Below are positions 36,712 through 46,295 of a stretch of DNA of 51,241 nucleotides, piece by piece. The notes beneath the pieces are model-generated. The model was given only the letters and a program-made list of their open reading frames with translations, did no database searches and was not told where the DNA came from. The position numbers were made by a program, and so were the translations under genes. Source of the DNA: a virus (lineage: Duplodnaviria; Caudoviricetes); the IMG/VR virus record IMGVR_UViG_3300037474_000080, positions 1-51,241 of that record, one strand, 5' to 3'. Every line of letters begins with the position of its first letter. The first letter of the stretch is position 1.

Positions 36712-37073
36712 AATCTTCTCTCAATCCGAAACTCAACCTCTGGCGTCATCGCCTTGCCAGTCTGTTGTTTTATTGGCAGATACCGTACCCACTCCGCAGA
36801 ATCATCAGGAACGATGCGTTTTTTGAATAAAACATCCAAAATCGCTTTAAGCGAAGATAAAGCGTTGTCCGGATCCATCACACGCCTTCGCCTTATCGTG
36901 ATATGCACATCCACCGGACAGTTCATTACAGGTCTGCCTACTTCAAGCCAGGCTTTCCAGGCAACGTCTGCGGCTGCCTTTTTCAGTCGTCGCTGCACCG
37001 TCCAGTGCTTGCTGTTCATCCGATTTGGCGAAAGCGGATTCGTGTCAATTTTGACCGTGATGGTTACGCCCAT
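36708..37073 (-). CDS. RusA-like Holliday junction resolvase
   Basis: SPN, RRRVMDPDN..SSLKAILDVL....IVPDDS. Confidence 0.8.
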   Translation of the reverse strand: MGVTITVKIDTNPLSPNRMNSKHWTVQRRLKKAAADVAWKAWLEVGRPVMNCPVDVHITIRRRRVMDPDNALSSLKAILDVLFKKRIVPDDSAEWVRYLPIKQQTGKAMTPEVEFRIERRL

Positions 37074-37447
37074 TAGTCCCCACTGCCTTTTGCTGAAAAG
37101 CTGAACTTCTGTTGCAACTCTTCAGCGGTCAGTGCACGTTGATTTATCTTTTCGCCTGTATCTTTGCGATAGATTTCCATAAGGTTGCGCTCATAATCCA
37201 GTCGCTCTTCAACCTCAACATAGCGATGCTCAGCCTTGTTATTTATTTGAGTGGTTAAATCTTTGATGGTTCTAGCAAGTTCGCTATCCACAGACTTAAA
37301 AGCATCCACCGCTGCCTTTTTATCAGCTTCGTTTTTCTCGCGTTCCTGCTCTGCGCGGGCAAGGGATTGCCCCTTTTCACGCAATTCATCTTTGCTCAAA
37401 TCACATTTAAGCCATTCGGTTTGCACTTCTTTTGGTTTATTTGACAT
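37073..37447 (-). CDS. coiled-coil phage protein
   Basis: AAGGAG RBS; R.DTGE.I..R.LT..E.Q C-terminal motif. Confidence 0.7.
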   Translation of the reverse strand: MSNKPKEVQTEWLKCDLSKDELREKGQSLARAEQEREKNEADKKAAVDAFKSVDSELARTIKDLTTQINNKAEHRYVEVEERLDYERNLMEIYRKDTGEKINQRALTAEELQQKFSFSAKGSGD

Positions 37448-37487
37448 TTTGGTTTCACTCTCCTTTTGGTTTGCTCTTACGAGCGGT

Positions 37488-37736
37488 TTAATCGAAATAT
37501 TGATCAATTAATTCTTTTGCTGCTGCTGCTATTTCTCTGATTGCAAGTTCAACGGCAACTCTTCTGGCGTCTTCAATCGTCGGTAAGCCTTCTGGCAATT
37601 CAAATTCACACCCGTTTATGATTGCCCTGTAGCCATCACCCACGCGGTCAACATCAATAACGATCAACTCGCGTGAGTCTTCAGCGGTAACGCGCTGCTC
37701 TTTTTCAATGTCGAAACGAATTTCTACGGCAACCAT
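37488..37736 (-). CDS. hypothetical protein
   Basis: GAGGTG RBS. Confidence 0.6.
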   Translation of the reverse strand: MVAVEIRFDIEKEQRVTAEDSRELIVIDVDRVGDGYRAIINGCEFELPEGLPTIEDARRVAVELAIREIAAAAKELIDQYFD

Positions 37737-37743
37737 AATCACC

Positions 37744-39414
37744 TCACTGAATCCGATTTGAAGACAAGGCATCTGCTCTTTCACCTTTTCTAAATCTGCC
37801 AGGGTCTTGGCTGAAACGTCCGGTTACTCTGTCGTGAAAAAGCTCTGCCATTCCCAGCTGACCACACCAGTTGTTTTTAACCTTCAGCACGTTGACACAT
37901 AACGGCGCGTCCCTATCGTCTTTGTCGCGCCATACTGAAATACCAAAATCAGGCATGTTGAACCAATGTGCACTGCCGCTGATGTCGTAGAGTGTTGGCA
38001 CCGGATATGCCCCGTTTTCTTTGCGTAACTTTGTCGGATGCGCCACAAAATAGTTGTGCATTTTGTTCTGCTTGCAGAAAGCATCAAACTCGCCAAGCAG
38101 CTGACAGTTGTATTGATCTTGCGTTTGATTCGGTGCCTGAAAATGTTCAAGCCTGTTATACGGGTCAACTACCAGCGAGGTCGTACCGTGGCGAAGTATG
38201 CTGCTTTTCGTAAGCTTCAAAAGGTCAGGAAGTGAGCGCCGTGATATTTCGGGATTCATCACCACAAACCTGTCATGCACCCATTCAGCCGCTTGAATCA
38301 TTTCGATTTCGCTCATTCGCTGCGTGGGGCCCGGCTCAAAAGGCAGCCCCGTATAAAGCTCTGTCAGGTATGAGTAATATAATTCCGGGGGACAATCTTC
38401 GGGCGGAAACACAAGAAATTTCCAGCCAGCATTAACCGCAAGATTCATCATCATTGCGCGAAGAAAAGGCGACTTTCCGGCATTAGGCGAACCGGTTACC
38501 ACTGTCCAGGTACCAAGTCGGGGCTTATAGAGATCCGCCAGATTATCCCATCCGCAATATTCGCCGCGTGGCCTGCCGTTGCGGTACAGGTCAATCAAAT
38601 CGTCCAGCACATCGACAACCTGAAATACGCCTTCTATCGGCATCGGGCGCGCAAAATTGATTGCCTCCTGCACCGCTTCAACACCGTAATGTACAAGCAC
38701 ATCGTTCAAATCTTTGCAGCCTTCCGGGTATATGGCCCGGTAGCATTTTTCAGCACCCAGGCGACGAATCAACTCAGCCTGTAGCTTTTGCCCTGGTTCG
38801 TCGTTATCGCTTGCGATTATGAACTTCTGAATTTTTCCAAGCATCGGCTCAATGCCTGCCAGAATATCAAGCTTTGACTTTGCGCCATTCGGAACCGATA
38901 CGCAGTTGCGAAAGCCAGCGGTCTCAGCGGAAAGCTTGTCAATTTCGCCCTCTACGAAAATCAGTGGCTTTTCCGAGTCAATGTCATCAATGCCGTAGAA
39001 AATCAATTCAGCACCCGATTCAAGCTTGAAATCCTTGTCAGCCGTTCGATACTTCACGTTGACAATTTCCTGATTGCGATAGTACGGGAAGCAGATCACC
39101 CGTTCTTCTCGCTCGTTTCGAGGCATCCAGACCTTGCGCGCCTCGATTTGATTGCGCCTTAAAACCTCAACAGGGATGCCGCGTTTTGCAAAAAATTCAT
39201 TCAACTTTTCGTTTTCGGTTGGCTCGGGCTTGTACTCTGGCTTGCGATAAGAAACCGCCCGAGATGAAAATTCAACAACAGCATCAGAGCCTTTCCAGCC
39301 GCAATGATGGCAGTTGAAAAGCATCGTTTCGGTGTTGTACGAAAGCGGCTTGTCGTTTTGATTTTTGCCGCTTCTTTGGTGCTGGCACTGTGGGCATTTG
39401 CGTTTCTGATTCAT
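37744..39414 (-). CDS. T7 gp4/Twinkle-like primase-helicase
   Basis: Zn finger CPQC...CHHC; Toprim VEGEID, DND..G, KDLND; Walker A GSPNAGKS; VVDPY, VAHP, YDISGS. Confidence 0.92.
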   Translation of the reverse strand: MNQKRKCPQCQHQRSGKNQNDKPLSYNTETMLFNCHHCGWKGSDAVVEFSSRAVSYRKPEYKPEPTENEKLNEFFAKRGIPVEVLRRNQIEARKVWMPRNEREERVICFPYYRNQEIVNVKYRTADKDFKLESGAELIFYGIDDIDSEKPLIFVEGEIDKLSAETAGFRNCVSVPNGAKSKLDILAGIEPMLGKIQKFIIASDNDEPGQKLQAELIRRLGAEKCYRAIYPEGCKDLNDVLVHYGVEAVQEAINFARPMPIEGVFQVVDVLDDLIDLYRNGRPRGEYCGWDNLADLYKPRLGTWTVVTGSPNAGKSPFLRAMMMNLAVNAGWKFLVFPPEDCPPELYYSYLTELYTGLPFEPGPTQRMSEIEMIQAAEWVHDRFVVMNPEISRRSLPDLLKLTKSSILRHGTTSLVVDPYNRLEHFQAPNQTQDQYNCQLLGEFDAFCKQNKMHNYFVAHPTKLRKENGAYPVPTLYDISGSAHWFNMPDFGISVWRDKDDRDAPLCVNVLKVKNNWCGQLGMAELFHDRVTGRFSQDPGRFRKGERADALSSNRIQ

Positions 39415-40103
39415 ATTCTTGCCGCCTCGCCTTTCCGTTTTTGGTTTGGTTGTTTTTTACCTGAATCAATCCAGGCTTGAATCTCTGCATCGCTTTCGCC
39501 CGATTCAGACATTTTTCGAGCAAGACCGCCCGGATTTGTGATATTGCGCCCGATAGTCACCAGGTAATCGGCATACTCCCTGCATTGCTCACGCGAAAAC
39601 TTCGACCTCTGAACCGCCAAAGGCAAAGCATCAGCATCACCGTTCGCGCGCGCATTGCTGCTGTTGTTTTCTGGAGTAGAAGATGAAGAAGAAGATGAAG
39701 GGGTTGATTTTTGGTTAACCTCTTTTTTTGTTTTGGTTGAATTTTGGTTAACCAAATTAGGATTACCGCCCAATTTACCCGATTCCTGGCGAATTTTCCG
39801 CAGTTCTTCATCCCGAACCATTCGCCGATTCATCAGCGCGCCCTGTTCGTCGCGTGATGCCACACCGTATTCAAGCAATGTGGTTAGAGTTTTGGTTAGA
39901 TTTTGCTTATCCAAACCGAGCAACCGCGCAAGTGCATCATCCGGCATTGGTTTGCCGTTCAAAAGCAGTTTGCCCCGTTGCTCCGATTCATGCATAAGGC
40001 AGAGAATCTCGAACCAAATACCTCTATCGTGAAAAGAAAGTGATTGAACACCCGGGTCTTTTCGCCAGTCCGCAGGGTAAAATTGAAAAGCAGGGAGTTT
40101 CAT
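39411..40103 (-). CDS. replication initiator-like protein (YdaU/DUF1376-like N-terminus)
   Basis: PAFQFYPADW.KD....LS...RG.W..ILC.M; low-complexity repeat linker (NQKSTPSSSSSS). Confidence 0.75.
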   Translation of the reverse strand: MKLPAFQFYPADWRKDPGVQSLSFHDRGIWFEILCLMHESEQRGKLLLNGKPMPDDALARLLGLDKQNLTKTLTTLLEYGVASRDEQGALMNRRMVRDEELRKIRQESGKLGGNPNLVNQNSTKTKKEVNQKSTPSSSSSSSTPENNSSNARANGDADALPLAVQRSKFSREQCREYADYLVTIGRNITNPGGLARKMSESGESDAEIQAWIDSGKKQPNQKRKGEAARI

Positions 40104-40504
40104 TTTATTTTCGCTCCCTTCTTCATGTTGCAAGGCGCACAAAGGCATTGAAGATTATTTAATTCGTGTTTTCTCGTGATTGAATAGGGAATAATATGAT
40201 CAACTGTGAGGTTTTCAGTTGCGCCGCAATAAGCACACTTCCCGGCGCTTAAAACCTGTTTTCTTATACTTGGTGCAATTGATTCGCGCTTTGAGGTTCC
40301 CTTGAAAATTTTACCTATAAAATCAAACTGGCGTAAAAATGCAAAGTTGCCGCTTACTGCCGCATAATCCAGGCTTCTCATAAAGCGCCCTTCCTGCTCA
40401 AGCGTCATCTCAGCAATAAGTACAGAGGAAAGATACTCTTTAGGTAATATTTCATAGCTAGCGTTTGGGTATAATTCTAAAGCCGGTGATTTATCGACGC
40501 TCAT
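40100..40504 (-). CDS. HNH endonuclease
   Basis: CAYCG...LTVDHIIP......NNLQCLCAPCNMKKG. Confidence 0.85.
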   Translation of the reverse strand: MSVDKSPALELYPNASYEILPKEYLSSVLIAEMTLEQEGRFMRSLDYAAVSGNFAFLRQFDFIGKIFKGTSKRESIAPSIRKQVLSAGKCAYCGATENLTVDHIIPYSITRKHELNNLQCLCAPCNMKKGAKIK

Positions 40505-40658
40505 TTGCTTTCCTTTAACATCGCTAAATATTTGCAGTCTGCTTTGTGCTGGATAATCATCTTGCTGTAATCCCTGCTATTGCCGTACTGACGACACGCT
40601 GCGCAATGCCAGGTGTCTTTAAGGCGACTCCATTGTATGAAGTAGCGCAGTCGCAAAT

Positions 40659-40997
40659 TCATCTGCTTGCCTCGACCGCTGCGTCATAGGCGGATCTGAA
40701 TTTTTCCATCAATGAAACAGCCGCATCATCTGAGATTGAAAAATCAGCAAGCAGCAAATCATCAACGATGTCCGGCAAGGACCTGGCAGGGAAGTAACAG
40801 ATTGCACCTTCCGGAACATCGGCAAGCCAGCGCAATAAATTTGACAGCGTGCGCTGCTGTAGATACTGACGATTGCCATTTTCGATGTGCGACAATACGC
40901 TATCCGATATGCCGGTCATTAACTCGACTTGCTGAAGACTAAGGCCATCATGCGTACGCTTTGCTTTTATTCGCCTGCCAAGTTCCGTGTGATCCAT
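40659..40997 (-). CDS. XRE-family HTH protein
   Basis: LGRRIKAKR...GLSLQQVE..TGISDSVLSHIENG. Confidence 0.85.
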   Translation of the reverse strand: MDHTELGRRIKAKRTHDGLSLQQVELMTGISDSVLSHIENGNRQYLQQRTLSNLLRWLADVPEGAICYFPARSLPDIVDDLLLADFSISDDAAVSLMEKFRSAYDAAVEASR

Positions 40998-41007
40998 AAA
41001 TCTTTAC

Positions 41008-41898
41008 CTACCTTGCTGATTCTGCTGCTGCCTTTGCGTCAAGCTCTGCCTGCTGTTTGCGAAAGTGATAGACAGCAACGATATGCTCACAAACAAACTG
41101 GTCATCCGTGCTGTCAACGAAGCTTTCGCAGGTGCATTCAATCTTGCCTTCACTGTTCTTGAAAACTTCACTCATACCGCCCAGGAATGTGACGTTGTAG
41201 CTATTGGCGACACGCTGAATCGCGTTGGCCTGGAATAAATCCCAGCCAGCTTGTTGAATCTGCTTTTGTTCCGTTGTCTGTTCAGGTGTTGCCGTTTCAG
41301 TTGTTGGCTGCGATTCGGGGGGGGGTAGTGCGTGAATTGTTGCCCGTTGCTGCGGCTGTGGTTCGCCTATGACTTCGCCGGTTTCGCCGTCCACGTCAGC
41401 GCCCATTTCTTCAGGGGTATAGATAGCGCCATTGAATAATTCAGCGGTAAACCATCGTGCACCATTACTAACCGCACGAGCGAATAGCATATTCTTTGGG
41501 TGCTTTTTCCAATTGTCTTTTTGCGAAAGTCCGGCGTTTGTAGCCTCCTGGATTGTGAACTCTGAAAAGCCAACCGATTCATTACCTTTGAAAAACTCAA
41601 GTGTGCATTTCTTTTCTGTATGCTCTCTGAATTTGAAGTCGTACTTTCCGCTGGATTGAATCTTTGCCGCTATCAGGTTTGCGCCAAGTGATACTTTGCC
41701 CTGGATAATGTTTATCCCCATCATTGATGCTATAGGCGAAAATCCTAATTCCTGGCCCGCGAGAATCTTCACGACGCACTGAGCGGCCTGCTTTGTATCG
41801 GAAAAAAGACCGCTCCTGAAAAAGACATCGCCAAGCTTCATTACATCGTCAAGGGTTTCCAGTTGCGTGTTGCTTATTTTTGCTAGTGCTTGATTCAT
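41008..41898 (-). CDS. RecT/Redbeta-like single-strand annealing protein with C-terminal SWIM finger
   Basis: KILAGQELGFSP, I.IIQGK, W.K.P..ML.ARA, YTPEE; ECTC...CEHI. Confidence 0.8.
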   Translation of the reverse strand: MNQALAKISNTQLETLDDVMKLGDVFFRSGLFSDTKQAAQCVVKILAGQELGFSPIASMMGINIIQGKVSLGANLIAAKIQSSGKYDFKFREHTEKKCTLEFFKGNESVGFSEFTIQEATNAGLSQKDNWKKHPKNMLFARAVSNGARWFTAELFNGAIYTPEEMGADVDGETGEVIGEPQPQQRATIHALPPPESQPTTETATPEQTTEQKQIQQAGWDLFQANAIQRVANSYNVTFLGGMSEVFKNSEGKIECTCESFVDSTDDQFVCEHIVAVYHFRKQQAELDAKAAAESAR

Positions 41899-42476
41899 AT
41901 TTTCCTCAGTTCTATAGGGGTGAGTGATTTAGGATTTAAGATGCTGTCGCACTGGCTTAAATCGAATAATTGCTTGGTGAGCGAAACATCCTGCAGGCAG
42001 TAATCGATTAAAGAACCGATCTTGCCTTGCTGGAATAGTATTGGCGCTTTACCGCCGTCGCCGGTTTTACCTCTGTCGAAGTTGGCTTGGCAAACATCGC
42101 CCAATCCATAACCAATATGAGATGGATACCGGAATTCCGGGCCAAGGCCGACCGCAAGCCAAATCTCACGCAATAGGTCGTAGCACTTTGCGTCCGGAAT
42201 ATTGAAACCGTTGGCTTTTAATAAATTATTGTCGAATGATATGCCGTTGTAGCTGACTAAAACATCAGCATCGTTAATCAGGGACTGAAAGGCGAAAAGA
42301 TTATCCTGCATATAAATGCGAGGCGAATCCGTCGCGCTATCCCAGGCACCTATACAGGAAATTCCCATATTGGCGTAATCGTTCCATCCCTGACAGTAAG
42401 CGATACCACCCATAAGCATTTCGCCGCGCGATGGAATTCCTTTAATGATTTCAAGATCATATGTAACTATTCGCAT
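41895..42476 (-). CDS. RNase H-like 3'-5' exonuclease
   Basis: YDLE, SYNGISFD, YDLL, YCLQDV motifs. Confidence 0.85.
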   Translation of the reverse strand: MRIVTYDLEIIKGIPSRGEMLMGGIAYCQGWNDYANMGISCIGAWDSATDSPRIYMQDNLFAFQSLINDADVLVSYNGISFDNNLLKANGFNIPDAKCYDLLREIWLAVGLGPEFRYPSHIGYGLGDVCQANFDRGKTGDGGKAPILFQQGKIGSLIDYCLQDVSLTKQLFDLSQCDSILNPKSLTPIELRKI

Positions 42477-42880
42477 TAGTTCTCCTCGTTTAATGCGGTT
42501 TCAACCTGCAATCTAACCTGCCCGAAAATTTCCTTATAGGCTGAAGAATTGCAGAGTTTACGAACCTTCTTTATCTGGGAAACTGCCTGTGAGATGTAAG
42601 CGGAAAGCCCTGCCTTCAACTCATCGGCATCTTTAGGTAGATAGTAACCATAGGGCTTTTCTCTTGATGCACAGACGATGTAACCGCTGTCTCTCAACTC
42701 CTCGACTATCTGTTTAATCCTGCGGTCTGAAATGTCCGCGCCTGTCTGTGCTGCTTTCCGCTGTAGCCAGTGAATCGACGCTGGCTCTGCGCTACTCGCA
42801 TCCAAAATTGAACGTGCAACCAAAAGCTCTGCGCCTTTGTAGGGTAGTGGTTGCTCAAAATTGAATGCCTGTTGTTCCAT
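42476..42880 (-). CDS. winged-HTH phage protein
   Basis: SDRRIKQIVEELRDSGY.VCAS....GYY. Confidence 0.7.
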   Translation of the reverse strand: MEQQAFNFEQPLPYKGAELLVARSILDASSAEPASIHWLQRKAAQTGADISDRRIKQIVEELRDSGYIVCASREKPYGYYLPKDADELKAGLSAYISQAVSQIKKVRKLCNSSAYKEIFGQVRLQVETALNEEN

Positions 42881-43384
42881 TTTCTCTATCTGGGTGGAAT
42901 AACTTGACCGCCAATGCGTTTCCATTCGCGTGGTATGCGCTTGCGTCCGACTGATTCATTGCCGCATCTGATTACCGGTAGCTTCTCGACAAAGGCAACG
43001 CAGGCAGCGTTATATCGCCGCACACGTTTACCAAGGCCCATTGTTTGTAAAAGTTTTAGACTGTCGCGTTTTTTCTTCATATTTTCCTTTTATAAAAGTG
43101 CTTGCCGCTATTGCTAAAAGCTTCGCGTAAATTTGCCGCCCTCGCTGACTACCCTCGCAGGAAAAGGTGCAATAACGGCAAGCTGTTGATACATCGCAGG
43201 GCGCATCGATTGAAGATAGAGGCGGATATAGAAAACCCATCTAAAACTCGTCTGTATTTTTCACAATGCGCATCTGCGAATATGAATTGAGCGATGTGGG
43301 CGAGCCGAAGAGATGACATTGCATCACCTTTCCGCTTCCTGTTAATTCAGGCACCGCTCAAACTGTTCAAATATCGAATATCAA

Positions 43385-43439
43385 TGCCGCCTCTGACCTT
43401 TCATTTCTTGTAGCTCAACTTTGCAAATCAGAGGCGGCA
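43385..43439. terminator. 12-bp hairpin within the early-left operon
   Basis: TGCCGCCTCTGA/TCAGAGGCGGCA. Confidence 0.5.
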
Positions 43440-43445
43440 AACTTG

Positions 43446-43913
43446 TTAGCTTTGCGAATCTACGGCTATGGCTCTGTAGTTGATCTCGCCTTCAGGTGTA
43501 TGCCAACCCGTTTCGGTTGAATAGACATTCTCACCGTCGTATTCGGGATAAAGGCGGTCTGACAATCTACCGAGCAATGCACCGTCAACGCCTGTACAGG
43601 GAAAGTCTTTCCAGAAATCGGTATTTATCAGGTACCAAAGCAATTTCTTGTCATCCATGCTTTCAGTGGCGGCAATGGCTTCCATTTCGCCAACCATAAA
43701 TTCCATAGTGCGCTTTTTGTATTCTTCTCTTATGCCAATCCGTTCCAGACGGAAAACGACTTGCGCCGATAAGGTTTCCTGAAAGGTCTTTGAGCATTCA
43801 CTGCAATCCTGATAACCAAAAACGTTTAAGTGCTGACAGTTTTGGCACTGCCAAAACACCTTGCCGTCCTGATGGATTAATTCAACGTGGATTTTCTTTG
43901 GTAATAGGCTCAT
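43446..43913 (-). CDS. Zn-finger hypothetical protein
   Basis: WQCQNCQHLN....DCSEC; GAGG RBS. Confidence 0.7.
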   Translation of the reverse strand: MSLLPKKIHVELIHQDGKVFWQCQNCQHLNVFGYQDCSECSKTFQETLSAQVVFRLERIGIREEYKKRTMEFMVGEMEAIAATESMDDKKLLWYLINTDFWKDFPCTGVDGALLGRLSDRLYPEYDGENVYSTETGWHTPEGEINYRAIAVDSQS

Positions 43914-44380
43914 TGATTCACCTCTCTTTGCGGTAACATCGCTTCCAATGCCGCAATCGCTTCGTTTATCTCTTTTTCAAGCTCATCATCTTTTGCACCA
44001 GTACCAGCCGCTTGAATCGCTTCTGATACTTCACGAATCATATTTCTGAACAACTCTTTCCTGTCGGCTTTCGGGCAAATGCCAAGATGTTTTTGCAGCA
44101 TCTGGCGATAGCGATTGATAACCATTTCTGCCGCCGCCGGATTGTTGAGCAGGAAGTGTTCAAAGCAAATATCCAGGCGGTCTATAGGGTTCAAGGTGCC
44201 GGTGCCGTGTCCATCAGATGAAAGCGGCTCTCTGCACCACCGGCGTATCAGGTCTTCACTCTTGTTAAGCTTCGTGGCAAGTCGCCGCGCCGTGCTACGG
44301 GGTACGCCTTCCTGAAATATTCGATAGCTATCCATCTCTACCAATTCATCCTTTTGATTTTCTTCCTTCGTTTTTGCCAC
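43910..44380 (-). CDS. CII/CP76-like phage regulatory protein (start uncertain)
   Basis: HTH RLATKLNKSEDLIRRW; GT.NPIDRL; EVSEAI...EINEAI. Confidence 0.65.
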   Translation of the reverse strand: MAKTKEENQKDELVEMDSYRIFQEGVPRSTARRLATKLNKSEDLIRRWCREPLSSDGHGTGTLNPIDRLDICFEHFLLNNPAAAEMVINRYRQMLQKHLGICPKADRKELFRNMIREVSEAIQAAGTGAKDDELEKEINEAIAALEAMLPQREVNQ

Positions 44381-44438
44381 TATTTTAAGAATTGCCCGTT
44401 GTTCGCTAATCGAATACCTTGATGTCGTGACACCTGAA

Positions 44439-44645
44439 CTAAATCCTTGCGCATATCCCGGCAGCAGCAACGCCAACCGCCAGGGCAAAATAATCTGTAA
44501 TCGCCACAGGGTCACAGCCAAGCCAGCCCATCAAGAGCAGGGCTACGATAACGATCACCACAGCCGACAGCATCACGCAAAGCGCCAGGTAAAGCAGTCT
44601 GTCTTCGCGGCTGTATTTCAAATGTCTCAGGTAGTCTTGAATCAT
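44439..44645 (-). CDS. small two-TM protein
   Basis: AGGAG RBS; two hydrophobic stretches. Confidence 0.6.
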   Translation of the reverse strand: MIQDYLRHLKYSREDRLLYLALCVMLSAVVIVIVALLLMGWLGCDPVAITDYFALAVGVAAAGICARI

Positions 44646-44648
44646 CGC

Positions 44649-44798
44649 TTATCTCCTGTCGCTCACAGCTTCCGGTGTGTGTTCGCTATCCGGCTGGGCA
44701 TCCTGTCGCATCGCATCGCCTTCGCGGTTCACTACGCGCCCTATCATTTCAGACGTGCGATTCAGGTAATGCGCTTCCGTTATATAAAGTTCGTACAT
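44649..44798 (-). CDS. 49-aa peptide
   Basis: AAGGA RBS; MYELYITEAHYLNRTSEMIGR...; absent from the ORF track. Confidence 0.5.
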   Translation of the reverse strand: MYELYITEAHYLNRTSEMIGRVVNREGDAMRQDAQPDSEHTPEAVSDRR

Positions 44799-44813
44799 AA
44801 TTTCCTTGCATAT

Positions 44814-44879
44814 TTTCACCGCCTGCGCCCATCCGGAAGTTTGCGAAGACTTACCGCGAGCCTGGACGCAGGTAGTGAA
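44814..44879 (-). ncRNA. structured RNA element carrying a 24-nt antisense to the 48840 leader
   Basis: outer stem TTCAC.ACCTGCG.CCA / TGG.CGCAGG.GGTGAA; inner segment repeats at 48840-48863. Confidence 0.6.
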
Positions 44880-44882
44880 TCT

Positions 44883-45185
44883 TTAGCCAGCCATTTTCAG
44901 GTGGCGGGGCATCTTGGTTCTGCTTTCAACCTTTTCTCTGAAAGCGATCACGTCACCGGCTTTGAATCGCAGCGTTTGCCGCTTGCCCGGATCACCAAAT
45001 CTGTAGCAAGGAATTTCGCGTGTGCCTGCTTTGCGGTGGTTCACTGTCTCTTCGGATATACCCAGAAATGCCGCGACCTCTTTCACGCTCCAATAAGAAG
45101 CAAAGAAGTTCACCTTTTCCCCTTGCTCGTTAAGCAGCTCTTGCAGGTCGCGCAACTCTTCGCCGTATTGCTTGAAAAATCCCAT
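44883..45185 (-). CDS. excisionase-like HTH protein
   Basis: WSVKEVAAFLGISEETV......IPCYRFG....LRF. Confidence 0.75.
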   Translation of the reverse strand: MGFFKQYGEELRDLQELLNEQGEKVNFFASYWSVKEVAAFLGISEETVNHRKAGTREIPCYRFGDPGKRQTLRFKAGDVIAFREKVESRTKMPRHLKMAG

Positions 45186-45195
45186 AGCATCACCT

Positions 45196-45600
45196 CTATG
45201 CAGCAATGGCGTTCATCGCCTGATGGTCTGAAGCTGTGCCGCCAAATATGCAGCCAGCAGGATTCGGGTCAACCAGACGGCAACCACAGCACTTGCAAGG
45301 CTCAGCAATCGTCAACTCAATCGGCGCAAGAAACTCTTCTACAGCGCGCATATGAACGCATTGCTTACGAGCAGGACACGAGCAAGACAGGTGACCGTCT
45401 GAGTGCTTTACAACCTCACGAACCGAACTTGGGCGCGATGATGAAGCAACGTGATACCTTGTGCCCTTTACCGCTTCAACAACTGAATTGCAGTAATCAT
45501 CGAAGCTCAGGCGCGACGGTTTCGCTTCACGCATCAATTGCGCGTTTATCTGCTGGCGAAACATTGCTTTTGCTGGATTGGTTGCAGGCTGTGCGCTCAT
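45196..45600 (-). CDS. SWIM zinc-finger protein
   Basis: YHVASSS...SCSCPARKQCVHM (CxC...CxH). Confidence 0.75.
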   Translation of the reverse strand: MSAQPATNPAKAMFRQQINAQLMREAKPSRLSFDDYCNSVVEAVKGTRYHVASSSRPSSVREVVKHSDGHLSCSCPARKQCVHMRAVEEFLAPIELTIAEPCKCCGCRLVDPNPAGCIFGGTASDHQAMNAIAA

Positions 45601-45773
45601 TAGGCGTTCGCTCCTTGTCCGTTGGCTGCGGTTTTTTGAGCGACATACTGACTAAGAACCTGCTCAATATGCTTAAGTCTGGTTCTGCCATTTTCTTTCC
45701 CTTCTTCAGCGAGAGCTTTCTCAACCGCTATAGGAAGTTCGATAAGAAACTTTTTCTTTTGTTCATCTTTCAT
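45600..45773 (-). CDS. ribbon-helix-helix (Arc-like) regulator, Cro position
   Basis: KKFLIELPIAVEKALAEEGKENGRT; AAAGGA RBS; first gene after a strong promoter. Confidence 0.75.
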   Translation of the reverse strand: MKDEQKKKFLIELPIAVEKALAEEGKENGRTRLKHIEQVLSQYVAQKTAANGQGANA

Positions 45774-45784
45774 CGTTTTATCCT

Positions 45785-45907
45785 TTCGATATACATACAA
45801 TATCGAATGAATATATGAATGTCAACAACTTTCTTTATTCATTGGATATATATTTTATATCTATTGAATAAAAAGAATTTAGAGCATTAGAATATTCTTT
45901 TAATATT
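45785..45907. promoter_or_regulatory. immunity region: leftward promoter and (G/A)ATAT-N7-ATAT(C/T) operators
   Basis: TTGACA(45825-45820)-17-TATTGT; palindromes at 45788-45804, 45845-45861, 45891-45907. Confidence 0.75.
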
Positions 45908-45935
45908 GGAGCGATATATGTTAAATTTGGCGGCG

Positions 45936-46250
45936 ATGAAGAAAACCGAGGGGAAACACAAACGTCTAATTGAACTTCCAATGGAGCTTTGGAACGCTTT
46001 AGATGCTGAGGCCGAACGGTGCAGGCGGACACCGTTAAAGCATTTGGATGCGCTTCTCACGGTATACTTTCGGATTGGAAACGTAGAACTTGGCGATGTC
46101 GACAGTGTTCGTGATTTCGTCAATCCAGATTCAAATCAAATTCCCGCCAACACAACTCAGGGCGAAACAAAACCCGGAACAACAAGAATTGCCTCTCTGG
46201 ACATTACCGCTAACAAAGAGCCAGTGGATAAAGGCAAAAAAAGAGCGTAA
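45936..46250 (+). CDS. ribbon-helix-helix regulator, CI position
   Basis: HKRLIELPMELWNALDAEAERCRRT; clear paralogue of the divergent gene. Confidence 0.75.
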   Translation: MKKTEGKHKRLIELPMELWNALDAEAERCRRTPLKHLDALLTVYFRIGNVELGDVDSVRDFVNPDSNQIPANTTQGETKPGTTRIASLDITANKEPVDKGKKRA

Positions 46251-46295
46251 GTGCGACCCATCTCGTCATAGACCAACAAGGGATTGGGGTAGTCT

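Noticed and set aside
44427-45818. 463-aa plus-strand ORF
   Set aside because: Antisense to five well-supported minus-strand genes, four of them in the same codon register, which explains much of the lack of stops; no RBS or recognisable domain
46269-46276. TAGACCAA half-operator upstream of the second S24 gene
   Set aside because: Only a half site with no palindromic partner; not enough to claim cross-regulation
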